From assembly GCA_963735545.1 (NCBI GenBank), contig CAVTLU010000010.1, positions 29,062-93,061 on the forward strand: a stretch of DNA of 64,000 bases, written 5' to 3'. This DNA comes from an uncultured Acidobacteriaceae bacterium. Lineage in GTDB: Bacteria; Acidobacteriota; Terriglobia; Terriglobales; Acidobacteriaceae. The first letter of the stretch is position 1, and each line of letters opens with the position of its first letter. The notes below the pieces were generated by a model that was not told where the DNA came from, made no database searches, and saw only the letters and a list, made by a program, of their open reading frames with translations. The position numbers and the translations under genes were made by a program. Positions 17,716-25,956 of this stretch are shown here, in pieces.

Positions 17716-18661
17716 ATGACAGCGCGACGGCTCACATTCGGCCAATTTATCGCCGCCGCGCTCGTTACCGCTCTAATCCTTCCTGCCCCAGCCGCATTCG
17801 GCTGGGGCAACGAAGGGCACACTTGGATCAATTCCGTCGCGGCCCGTGCGACTCCTCCCGACATGCCTCGCTTCTTTCGGCGCGCTGTTGCCGAGCTTGC
17901 TTACCTCGGCCCGGAGCCCGATCGGTGGCGCAATCCCGCCGAGGCAGCTCTCAAGTATTCGCAGGAGCCCGACCACTTCATCGACCTGGAGAGAATATCC
18001 TGGCTCGATCCGCTGCCTCGGGACCGCTACCAGTTCTACCGCATGCTTTACGAGAAGCGAGCCGCCGTCACCGACCATCCCGATGACTACCTGCCCGAGC
18101 ACGTTGGTCTGCAACCGTACATAACCATGGAGGTGTTCGGACGCCTCAAGGCTGCGTTTCGGGAGTATCGGATTTTGCGGGAGGCGCACAAGCCGACCGG
18201 TCCGGTGCAACAGGCAATCGTGTTCTACGCCGGGTGGCTCGGACACTACGTGGCCGATGGCTCGCAGCCCTTGCACACTTCCATTCAATACAACGGATGG
18301 GTTGGTCCGAATCCCAAGGGCTACTCCACGCAGCACACCATCCACTGGCAGTTTGAGAGCACTTACGTGGCGGCGAACATCACTCCCAAGGACTTCGCCG
18401 GCTCTGGTGCACGCGCCCACGCGTTTGAGCGATCCGTTCAAGCAATACATGGATTATTTGAAGCAGTCGAACGGTTTGGTTGAGAACGTCTACCAACTGG
18501 AGAAAGACGGCGGCTTCGACGGAAAAGGCTCGGCAGAGGCTTTCAGTTTCACCACCGGCAGGCTGGCCGCTGGCTCACAAATGCTTTTGGATCTCTGGTA
18601 CACCGCCTGGCTGGACAGTGTTCCGGCGGCGAGCGCTCCGTCACCGGCGCCAAGTAAGTAG
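17716..18661 (+). pseudogene. S1/P1-type zinc nuclease with signal peptide, interrupted by a +1 frameshift near 18403
   Basis: Frame 1 (ATG 17716) has a signal peptide ending AAFG, then WGNEGH, EPDHFID and LGHYVADGSQPLH. These are the S1/P1 metal-ligand motifs. Frame 1 stops at 18483 after about 27 unrelated residues. Frame 2 continues coherently from about 18404 (LVHAPTRLSDPFKQYMDYLKQ...LLDLWYTAWLDS) to 18661. Removing one base (T at 18403) joins DFAG|LVHAP. Confidence 0.7.
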
Positions 18662-18719
18662 CCGTCTGATTGGAAATCGTTCTTTTTAGATCAGGGGAGA
18701 CTGGTTATCCTACACGTCT

Positions 18720-19643
18720 ATGCCTCGTACTTCTTCTTTTGCCAAGCCAATGCTTAGGTTCTTGGCCGCTCTGCTGCTCATCGCGTTTTCTTTTGAACAC
18801 GGGGCTGCGCAGTCGACGGGCCCGAAATATCCTCCCACGGTTGTCTTCATGACCGATTTCGGCATCGTGGATGACTCAGTGAGCATCTGCAAGGGCGTCA
18901 TGTATTCGGTCGATCCGGATTTGCGCGTGGTCGACCTGACGCATCAGGTGACGCCCTTCTCAATTCTGGACGGCGCGCGATTTTTTTATGGGGCTGCCCC
19001 GTACTATCCCGCGGGCACGGTATTCGTGGGGGTAGTGGACCCCACCGTGGGCAGCGCCCGCAAGGCCATCATCGTGAAAACCAAGCGCGGCCAATACTTC
19101 GTGGTTCCCGACAACGGCTTGATCACGCTGGTCGCAGACCGCGACGGAGTGGAAGGAGTTCGGGAGATCAGCAACCCTGCCTGGATGATCGGCGCGGCGC
19201 TCTCTTCGACCTTTCACGGGCGGGACATTTTTTCTCCCGCCGGGGCGCACCTGGCACGCGGTGATGACTGGACGCAGGCCGGTCCGGAGATGGACGCGAG
19301 CAAGTTAGTCCGCCTAGACTTCGCGGCCGCAAAACTCGATGAGCGCGGACTCAGCGGCGAAGTGATCGCCACCGATGGACCATTCGGCAATTTAGTTACT
19401 AACGTGGCGGCCGACGACTTTTTGCAGTTGGGATACGCTCGCGGTCAGATGGTTCACGTCAAACTCGGCAGCCGCGAGTTGGATCTTCCCTTTGTCAAGA
19501 CTTTCTCTGCCGTGCCGCTGAAAAAACCGCTGCTGTACATCGACTCGCGGGGCCGGTTGGCAGCGGCAGTGAATCAGAGCAGCTTCGCCGCCAGTTATGG
19601 CATTCATCCGCCGGTGCCACTGTTCATTGGGCGGGCGAAATAA
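18720..19643 (+). CDS. S-adenosyl-L-methionine hydroxide adenosyltransferase (DUF62) family protein with N-terminal signal peptide
   Basis: 307 aa. Core motifs VVFMTDFG..D..V...KGV, VVDPTVG, FVVPDNGL and STFHGRDIF.P..A are typical of the DUF62/fluorinase-chlorinase superfamily. These are preceded by MPRTSSFAKPMLRFLAALLLIAFSFEHGAAQS, a hydrophobic signal sequence. Confidence 0.85.
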   Translation: MPRTSSFAKPMLRFLAALLLIAFSFEHGAAQSTGPKYPPTVVFMTDFGIVDDSVSICKGVMYSVDPDLRVVDLTHQVTPFSILDGARFFYGAAPYYPAGTVFVGVVDPTVGSARKAIIVKTKRGQYFVVPDNGLITLVADRDGVEGVREISNPAWMIGAALSSTFHGRDIFSPAGAHLARGDDWTQAGPEMDASKLVRLDFAAAKLDERGLSGEVIATDGPFGNLVTNVAADDFLQLGYARGQMVHVKLGSRELDLPFVKTFSAVPLKKPLLYIDSRGRLAAAVNQSSFAASYGIHPPVPLFIGRAK

Positions 19644-19655
19644 GCTCAGTGGTAC

Positions 19656-19716
19656 GACGGGCGTCCTCGCCAGTCAGGGCCACAGGTCCGTGGTCTGACG
19701 GGCGGGGACGCCCGTC
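19656..19716. terminator. Compound hairpin between convergent genes (possible bidirectional terminator)
   Basis: GACGGGCGTCC (19656-19666) pairs with GGACGCCCGTC (19706-19716) as an 11-bp stem. Inner stems are GTCAG/CTGAC and CCAC/GTGG. It is centred between the DUF62 stop (19643) and the punA stop (19733). There is no clear U-tract. Confidence 0.45.
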
Positions 19717-19732
19717 GCTCCATCGCACCCTG

Positions 19733-20569
19733 TTACTCTACGTCCTTCGCAATTTCCGCCAGCGCCGCTCGCAACAATGCAACGAAATCTCCCCGCACCC
19801 TCTCGCCGGTATCAAGCACTTCCTGATGATGGATAATCTGATCGAGGATTCCGGCGGCCATGTTGGTTACGCATGAGATGGCCAGGACCTTGAGTCCCAG
19901 GTGGCGCGCCGCGATGACTTCCAACACCGTCGACATACCCACCAGATCGGCTCCGATGTTGCGCAGATAGCGAATTTCCGCCGGGGTCTCATAGCTGGGG
20001 CCGAGCAGGCCGGCGTAAACGCCCTCATGGAGCGGTTTGCCGAGCTTGCGCGCCGCGTCGAAAGCCAAGTCGCGGTAAGGCTTCCAGTAGGCTTGCGTCA
20101 TGTCTGGAAATCGCAGACCAAAGCGTTCATCGTTGGGTCCAACCAGCGGATTGTGCCCTTGCAGATTGATATGGTCGGTGATCGCCACCAGAGCGCCCTG
20201 TTTGTATTCGCGATTGATGCCGCCGGCGGCGTTAGTCAGGATCACCGCGCGGATGCCCATGCGCGCGAACACCCGGATCGGGAAGACCACCTCCCTGGCA
20301 GAATAGCCTTCGTAAAGATGCACGCGACCCTGCATGGCGGCCACGGGAATGCCTCCCGACTTGCCAATGACCAACTGCCCCGCATGCCCGATGGCGGTAG
20401 ACTGCGGAAACGATGGAATGCTGGCATAGGGAATCTTGGACGATTCCGAGAGTTCGTCGGCAAAGCCTCCAAGCCCGGAGCCCAGCACCAGCGCGATGCG
20501 CGGCCGCAGCGTGGTTTGCGACAGCACGAATGTAGAGGCGGATTCGGCTTGGATGAAATCGTCGGTCAT
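19733..20569 (-). CDS. punA: Purine nucleoside phosphorylase (PunA/PNP family 2, inosine-guanosine type)
   Basis: ORF 19733..20923 trimmed to ATG 20569 (MTDDFIQ...). Motifs LGSGLG, GHAG.L..G, MQGR.H.YEG, TNAAGG.N, LVGPN and GMSTV.E are diagnostic. Confidence 0.9.
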   Translation of the reverse strand: MTDDFIQAESASTFVLSQTTLRPRIALVLGSGLGGFADELSESSKIPYASIPSFPQSTAIGHAGQLVIGKSGGIPVAAMQGRVHLYEGYSAREVVFPIRVFARMGIRAVILTNAAGGINREYKQGALVAITDHINLQGHNPLVGPNDERFGLRFPDMTQAYWKPYRDLAFDAARKLGKPLHEGVYAGLLGPSYETPAEIRYLRNIGADLVGMSTVLEVIAARHLGLKVLAISCVTNMAAGILDQIIHHQEVLDTGERVRGDFVALLRAALAEIAKDVE

Positions 20570-20789
20570 TTTGTTAAACCCCTGGTGTTCTGAGTTGGAC
20601 GTTCGTTCATTCGTATCAGGGCAGGCCTTCATGGCGTGCCGTCGAGCGCCGGGACAACGTAGCTCCGCGCCGTTTCGGCGCGACGCCGAAATGCCGCTGT
20701 TGGCGGTTGCGCCCGATGGGCGCGTTTTCGTAGGACCTGCTCGCCGGCGGCACTTCTCAAGCCGGTGCCCTGATACGAACCGTCTTCCT

Positions 20790-22355
20790 CTAAAACTTCT
20801 TCTCAAATGCAGCCAGTTCCGCTTCCAGCTTCCACTGCACCCGCGCCCGCTCGTTCTCAGACAAAAACTTCTGGCAGAAATGCGACGGCTCCAGAGAACG
20901 CGCGAAGTCAACCTCGCAGGCATTTACGGCGCGGACCTTGGCCACGTCAGACCAGAGGCTCGCACCCGGCAAAAAGCTGTGTTCCAGGCTCTGCCGTGCC
21001 ATCTGCTTCAAATCGTCATAAGACAAACCGTAGGTTTCCACCGCCCGCACATATTCATGAGTCAGGTCGTTGCGCGAGACGCCCTCATCGTCCGTCGCCA
21101 GAGCCACAGGAACTTTGTAGCGCCGGTAAATTGGGAAAGGATGCTGATCACCCTTCACGCCGAGGATTGTATCGTTCGAGGTCAGGCAGATTTCCACCAG
21201 CACATTGCGCTTTGCCATTTCGCGCAACAAGCCGAGTGGATTGTTTTCATTCATCACATCGACCCCATGTCCGATGCGCTCAGCATGTCCAACTTCGATG
21301 GACTCACGGATGTGAAAGGTCAATCCTTCCGGCGGCACTAGTCCCGCGGCCAACTCTCCCGCATGCAAGCTGATGTGCACCTTGGGATACAAGCCGTGCA
21401 GATAATCGATTATCTTCATATGAAGATCGAAGTCGCGCATGGGCACATACCAATCCTCCGGCATGACCAGATTCAATCCTACAAAGCGAGGATCGGTCGA
21501 CGCCAACTCGAAGCCCAGCAGGATTTGCGCAAACACCGATTCCCGAGGCAGTCCGCGCAACACCAAGTAAAGATATCGAACAGTAACTTCGCATCCGGGC
21601 AAAGCCTTGGCAGTCCCGCAGGCGAGCATCTTACGCTCGACGCTTTCGTCCTGATCGAGCTTGGCGCGGGTGGCCGCGATGACATCCTTGAGCCCGCCGG
21701 CCAGAAGTTTTTCCCGCATTTCCGGGAAGTTCTGATCCCAGCCGAGCTTTGCTCCCAAACCCGCCGCTTGCAGGTCATCCCCGTTGTGCATGACCTCGAC
21801 ATACTGCAGATGATCCGCGGCCGCCCGCTCTACCGCATGCGCCAGGGACTCGCCCACGTGAGCCGAAGTAGTGAGCCCGAATTTGTCGAAAGTGGCGAAG
21901 AAATGGTCGTGGCCGGATTCGTGGCCGCGCTCCCAGTTGCGCATGGACCAAGCGTCGATCAGCGCGTTGTAGAACGCCGGATTTCGATAGCTGCATTGCA
22001 CGGCAGGATTGGCGGCCGACGGATCGCACGAAGCATCGCAGGGCGCGGCGTGCAAAGTGAGACTCGCGCGGTCCACACAAAGGCCATCCTGCGACGCGAA
22101 GTCGATCAGATCCTCGGCGTAGATGTCCCCGCCCAGGTGATTGTGCAGGTCTCCGCCTTTGGGCATGTCGCGCAGGAACGCCAATAGCAATAGGGGCTGC
22201 CGCCGTACCGTTTCCATATAGCGGCTGGTTCGCTGGTCCGGAGTTCCTTTGGCCTGCGCCCCTGCCAGAAGAGCATTCACTAAGAAGATAAGAATAAGAC
22301 TGCAGCGAGTCGCTCGGTTCACCTCGGCTCCTTTGCCAAAAGCTGAATGCGGCAT
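20790..22355 (-). CDS. ADA2/ADGF-like (large, exported) adenosine deaminase family protein
   Basis: ORF 20790..22661 trimmed to ATG 22355 (MPHSAFGKGAEVNRATRCSLILIFLVNALLAGAQA, a signal peptide). Deaminase metal and catalytic motifs are DLHNHLGG, ISLHAGE, ERIGHG and LATDDEGV. At about 520 aa, with a long insertion, it resembles the ADGF/CECR1 branch rather than the about 340-aa ADA1. Confidence 0.8.
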   Translation of the reverse strand: MPHSAFGKGAEVNRATRCSLILIFLVNALLAGAQAKGTPDQRTSRYMETVRRQPLLLLAFLRDMPKGGDLHNHLGGDIYAEDLIDFASQDGLCVDRASLTLHAAPCDASCDPSAANPAVQCSYRNPAFYNALIDAWSMRNWERGHESGHDHFFATFDKFGLTTSAHVGESLAHAVERAAADHLQYVEVMHNGDDLQAAGLGAKLGWDQNFPEMREKLLAGGLKDVIAATRAKLDQDESVERKMLACGTAKALPGCEVTVRYLYLVLRGLPRESVFAQILLGFELASTDPRFVGLNLVMPEDWYVPMRDFDLHMKIIDYLHGLYPKVHISLHAGELAAGLVPPEGLTFHIRESIEVGHAERIGHGVDVMNENNPLGLLREMAKRNVLVEICLTSNDTILGVKGDQHPFPIYRRYKVPVALATDDEGVSRNDLTHEYVRAVETYGLSYDDLKQMARQSLEHSFLPGASLWSDVAKVRAVNACEVDFARSLEPSHFCQKFLSENERARVQWKLEAELAAFEKKF

Positions 22356-22420
22356 TCTAAACGTTAGGCAGGCTTCGCGACACTGGTCAGAGGGCGGCTC
22401 CAACATATATATAAGGAGGG

Positions 22421-22876
22421 ATGAATTCTGCACAGGATTACGCGGCGATGCTAGCGGTAGCCCTGGCCGAAGCCCGTACGGGACTGGCGGAAGGCGGCCT
22501 TCCGATTGGGGCGGCGATTTTCGATGCCAGCGGCAAGCTGATTGGCTCCGGCCACAACCGCCGCGTGCAGAACGGAGACCCCTCGATGCACGGCGAAACC
22601 GACGCCTTCCGCAACGCCGGACGCCAGCGCAGCTATCGCAAGCTCGCCATGGTGACGACACTCGCGCCCTGCTGGTATTGCAGCGGCCTGGTGCGGCAGT
22701 TCGGCTTCGGCACGCTGGTAGTCGGCGAGAGCCGCAACTTCCAGGGCGGAGTGGAATGGCTGCGCTCGCTCGGCGTGCAGGTCATCGACCTGGATTCCGA
22801 GGAGTGCGCGTCGATGATGGCGGAGTATATTCGGGCGAATCCTGAAGTGTGGAACGAGGATATTGGGGAGGAGTGA
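22421..22876 (+). CDS. FCY1-type cytosine deaminase (CDA-fold zinc deaminase)
   Basis: 151 aa with AAGGAGG before the ATG. It aligns by eye along its whole length to my recollection of yeast Fcy1: EGGLPIG, GHN.R.Q.G....HGE, TTLAPC..C.G, VVGE..NF.G and a C-terminal ..P.VWNEDIGEE. Confidence 0.85.
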   Translation: MNSAQDYAAMLAVALAEARTGLAEGGLPIGAAIFDASGKLIGSGHNRRVQNGDPSMHGETDAFRNAGRQRSYRKLAMVTTLAPCWYCSGLVRQFGFGTLVVGESRNFQGGVEWLRSLGVQVIDLDSEECASMMAEYIRANPEVWNEDIGEE

Positions 22877-22894
22877 TTCTCTGCTTTTGAGTTT

Positions 22895-23890
22895 TCAGTT
22901 TGGGGCCGAGCGGTCTGCAAACTGCAGCGTATACGCCACCCCCGGATCGAACTTCTTCTCAATCACCTTCAAGTCAAAAAGCTGCTGATACATGCTGGCC
23001 CAGCGTTCGGCGGTCATCTGTCCGAGCTGCGCTCCGCTGGGATCGTCACCGGCGACGAAGTGGCCGTCGCGAAGGGCTTGCCAGGTGAACTGCATCCACT
23101 CGGCGTTTAGCGCGGGGTTCAGTTCCGCAATGGCGGCATGGGCCGCCGCCGGATCTTTCAGGTACTCTCGCCATCCCTTGAGCGAGGCGCGCACGAACTT
23201 GGCCACAATCTCTGGATGCTGCTGGAGAAAATCGCGGGTGGTAAACATGACGCGATAGGGGTTGTAACCCGCATCGCTAATGAGCAGGATGCGGGTCTCA
23301 ACGCCGGCCTGGTGCGCGAAGAACGGCTCCGAGGTGGCGAATGCCTGTTGTATGTACTGCGGATCGGCGATGAAGTTGGCCACGCTCATGGTGGCCGGAA
23401 TCTCGTGGATATTGTTCAACTCATATCGCTTCACCAGATATGCGAACCAGGTGTAGCCGGGCTTGACGGCGATGGTGTGGCCGTTGAGATCGGCGAAGGA
23501 GTGAACCGGCGAGTCTTTGTGCAGCATGATGCCCTGCGGGTCGTGCTGCATGGTGGCGGCAACGGCTACCAGCGGCTGGCCGTTGGCGACCGCCTCCAGC
23601 GTTCGATCTGAGGATCCCAGACCAAACTGTGCCGCGCCGACGGCCACTTGCTGCTCCAGGGCCAAGTACGGTCCGCCGGGCTGGATGGTGACGTCGAGGC
23701 CCTCATCTTTGTAATAGCCCTTCACCAGGGCCGTGTAGAAGCCGCCATGCTCGGGCTGTGGATACCAGTCGGCCTGCAGCATGATTTTGGTCAGGCCCGT
23801 CTTGCCAGAGCCACCGCGGTGGCAGGCGGCGCCGAACAACGCCAGCAGCGTGAGCAGGCAAATAGCGGCCGAAAGGGGGCCCTTTTTCAT
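22895..23890 (-). CDS. ABC transporter substrate-binding lipoprotein, NMT1/THI5-like (NitT/TauT family)
   Basis: ORF trimmed to ATG 23890 (MKKGPLSAAICLLTLLALFGAAC, a lipobox). The block IMLQADWYPQPEHGGFY.A...GYYK.EGLDV.I..GGP is typical of NMT1/THI5-like binding proteins. Confidence 0.8.
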   Translation of the reverse strand: MKKGPLSAAICLLTLLALFGAACHRGGSGKTGLTKIMLQADWYPQPEHGGFYTALVKGYYKDEGLDVTIQPGGPYLALEQQVAVGAAQFGLGSSDRTLEAVANGQPLVAVAATMQHDPQGIMLHKDSPVHSFADLNGHTIAVKPGYTWFAYLVKRYELNNIHEIPATMSVANFIADPQYIQQAFATSEPFFAHQAGVETRILLISDAGYNPYRVMFTTRDFLQQHPEIVAKFVRASLKGWREYLKDPAAAHAAIAELNPALNAEWMQFTWQALRDGHFVAGDDPSGAQLGQMTAERWASMYQQLFDLKVIEKKFDPGVAYTLQFADRSAPN

Positions 23891-24026
23891 TGAGGATGCA
23901 GTACCAGCGAAGCAGGTTAGCACGGCCCGGAGCAACCGCTTTCGATCGCCACCTAAAAATTAAATTGATGGGAGGGAAAACATTTTCCGATTGCCGTCGG
24001 CTTCGGTCAGCGTGCTAGATTGCCGC

Positions 24027-24563
24027 ATGGGCATAGCTCCGCCCCGCCGCGGTAGTGTGACTGCGCTTGATCTGGAGCGTATGCGCGAGCTGGTTCGATT
24101 TACCGCGCGGACGCTGGAAACCTCGCGGCCGGTCCCCTTCGGTGCGCTGATTGTGAATACTCGGAGCGGCGAGCGGCTGATGCGGGCCACGAACACAGTG
24201 ACTCGGGAAAGCGACCCTTCTTCTCATGCCGAAGTCCGCACCGTGCGCCTGGCGTGTAAGAAGCTGAAGCGCGCCTCGCTGGCGGGATACACGATGTACT
24301 CCACTTGTGAGCCTTGCCCCATGTGCATGGCCAATGCGCTGTGGGCGAGGCTGGATCGACTGGTCTTTGGCGCGACTATCGCCGATGCCAGCCGACACTG
24401 CTTGCAGATCCATATTCCGGCCAAGAAAGTGGCCAGTCGGGCAGACATGCAGTGCGTGGTTGTCGGTCCGGTGCTGCGCGAGCTTTGTAACACACTATTC
24501 ACGCATCCGAATATGCAGAAAGCCTTTCGGGCCTGGGGTACACGCAAGAGCCACAAGCCATAG
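24027..24563 (+). CDS. Guanine-deaminase-like CDA-fold nucleoside/nucleobase deaminase
   Basis: ORF 23991 (TTG) trimmed to ATG 24027. PFGALIV, DPSSHAEV..VR.AC, YSTCEPCPMC..A..WAR and a C-terminal F.AW resemble B. subtilis GuaD-type deaminases. Confidence 0.78.
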   Translation: MGIAPPRRGSVTALDLERMRELVRFTARTLETSRPVPFGALIVNTRSGERLMRATNTVTRESDPSSHAEVRTVRLACKKLKRASLAGYTMYSTCEPCPMCMANALWARLDRLVFGATIADASRHCLQIHIPAKKVASRADMQCVVVGPVLRELCNTLFTHPNMQKAFRAWGTRKSHKP

Positions 24564-24579
24564 CTAGAAAGCCAACTTC

Positions 24580-25956
24580 ATGGACTCGAGTCACGCCATC
24601 GCGATTGCTTCACTGCTCGGACCGGACTCGCACGTTCTCACGCATCCCCAGGTAGTGGAGCGGCTATCGCGCGACTTCTACTGGTATTCCCCCGTGCTCC
24701 GTAAGCAACTGGACGGCAAGGTGGGCGATTTGGTGGTGCAGCCCTTGACCGTGCCGGAGATCCAGAGCGTGTTGCGCTACTGCCATGCTCACGATCTTCC
24801 CGTGACCACGCGTGGCGCGGGAACAGGCAACTATGGACAGGCGGTTCCGCTGCACGGCGGGGTGGTGCTCGATCTCTCGGGCATGGACAAGATCGAAACG
24901 ATTCAACCGGAAGGCGTGGTGGTCTGCCAGCCGGGCGTGCGGCTGGGAGTGCTGGAAAACGAAGCGCGCAAAGTGGGATGGGAACTGCGCTGTTATCCCT
25001 CGACCATCGTCAAAGCCTCGGTGGGAGGATTCTTGGGCGGCGGCTCCGGAGGGATCGGCTCGGTGGCCCACGGCAATCTGCGCGACTTCAATACGGTTCG
25101 CGCCTTCGAAGTCGTGACCATGGAAGCCGAGCCGCGCGTGGTAGTGCACGAGGGCGAAGCGGTCCACGAAATTCTGCATGCCTGGGGAACCAATGGCATT
25201 ATCACGCGCATTTGGCTGGCGCTGGCGCCCGCGGTGGAGTGGTCTCAGTGCGTTGTAGCTTTTGACAGCTTCGACCTGGCTTTCGATTTCAGCGAGCGCA
25301 TCGCCTGCGACTCACAGTGGACAAAGCGCCTGGTCACGACCTTTGAGTGGCCGATTCCATCGTTCTTTACTCCCGTGAAGCAATACGCGCCGGAGGGCAA
25401 GGCTCTGATCTTTTTCTTGATTGCGTCATCTCAACTTGCGGAGCTCGAGACTGCTTCGCGGCAAGCCGGGGGAGAGGTGAGCTATTCCAGTGCGTACTTG
25501 GGGCTGCGTACGATTCCATTACTCTCCGACTACACCTGGAATCACACCACGCTGTGGGCGATGAGAACCGACGAGGCTTACACCTATCTGCAATGTGGCT
25601 TCGATCCGGCGACGGTGCGCGAGCAGATGCGGCGGCTGAAGGAGCGATTTCATCACGAAATCCTTTTTCACATGGAGTTCATGAAGAGTGCAAGCGGGCA
25701 AATCGTCCCAGGAGCCATTCCCTTGGTCTATTACCGCAGTCAGGCACGGTTGAACGAGATGATCGATTACTGCCGGGAGATCGGTGTGTTTGTGGCCAAT
25801 CCGCATGTGAACAATGTGGAGGGCGGAGGACGCTACCGTTCCGACCATGTGCAACTGCTCGCCAAGCTCCGCTATGACCCGAAGGGATTGCTCAATCCAG
25901 GCAAGATGATTACGTTCGAGCCGGAAGCGACTGCTACGGGAACGGCCAAGCGATGA
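24580..25956 (+). CDS. FAD-binding (PCMH-type, GlcD/VAO-like) oxidoreductase
   Basis: 458 aa. Motifs V.P.....I..VL.Y.....LPVT.RGAGTG..G..VP..GGVVLDLS.M and a C-terminal DPKGLLNPGKM are typical of FAD-linked oxidases. Confidence 0.85.
   Translation: MDSSHAIAIASLLGPDSHVLTHPQVVERLSRDFYWYSPVLRKQLDGKVGDLVVQPLTVPEIQSVLRYCHAHDLPVTTRGAGTGNYGQAVPLHGGVVLDLSGMDKIETIQPEGVVVCQPGVRLGVLENEARKVGWELRCYPSTIVKASVGGFLGGGSGGIGSVAHGNLRDFNTVRAFEVVTMEAEPRVVVHEGEAVHEILHAWGTNGIITRIWLALAPAVEWSQCVVAFDSFDLAFDFSERIACDSQWTKRLVTTFEWPIPSFFTPVKQYAPEGKALIFFLIASSQLAELETASRQAGGEVSYSSAYLGLRTIPLLSDYTWNHTTLWAMRTDEAYTYLQCGFDPATVREQMRRLKERFHHEILFHMEFMKSASGQIVPGAIPLVYYRSQARLNEMIDYCREIGVFVANPHVNNVEGGGRYRSDHVQLLAKLRYDPKGLLNPGKMITFEPEATATGTAKR

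Noticed and set aside
20600-20789. A hairpin-rich 220-nt spacer between the ADA2-like gene and punA, considered as an sRNA or terminator. It contains GCGCCGtttCGGCGC, GCGCCCgatGGGCGC and the outer pair GTATCAGGGCA/TGCCCTGATAC.
   Set aside because: No U-tract is present on the relevant (minus) strand. The composition matches the generic GC-rich palindromic filler seen in other spacers, so I cannot support a specific RNA gene call.
20570-22661. N-terminal extensions of track ORFs. Examples are 19733..20923, 20790..22661, 2742..3899, 6823..8076, 17575.., 28354.., 29016.., 31141..35136 and 46884..48212.
   Set aside because: The extensions are Arg/Pro-rich and run into neighbouring genes or spacers. 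They precede clear internal starts that have an SD sequence, a signal peptide, a family-typical N-terminus or an ATGA/GTGA coupling.
23891-24026. A TPP riboswitch expected near an NMT1/THI5-type binding-protein or ABC system.
   Set aside because: No CUGAGA / ACCUGAUCUGGAU-type TPP core is visible on either strand of the spacer.
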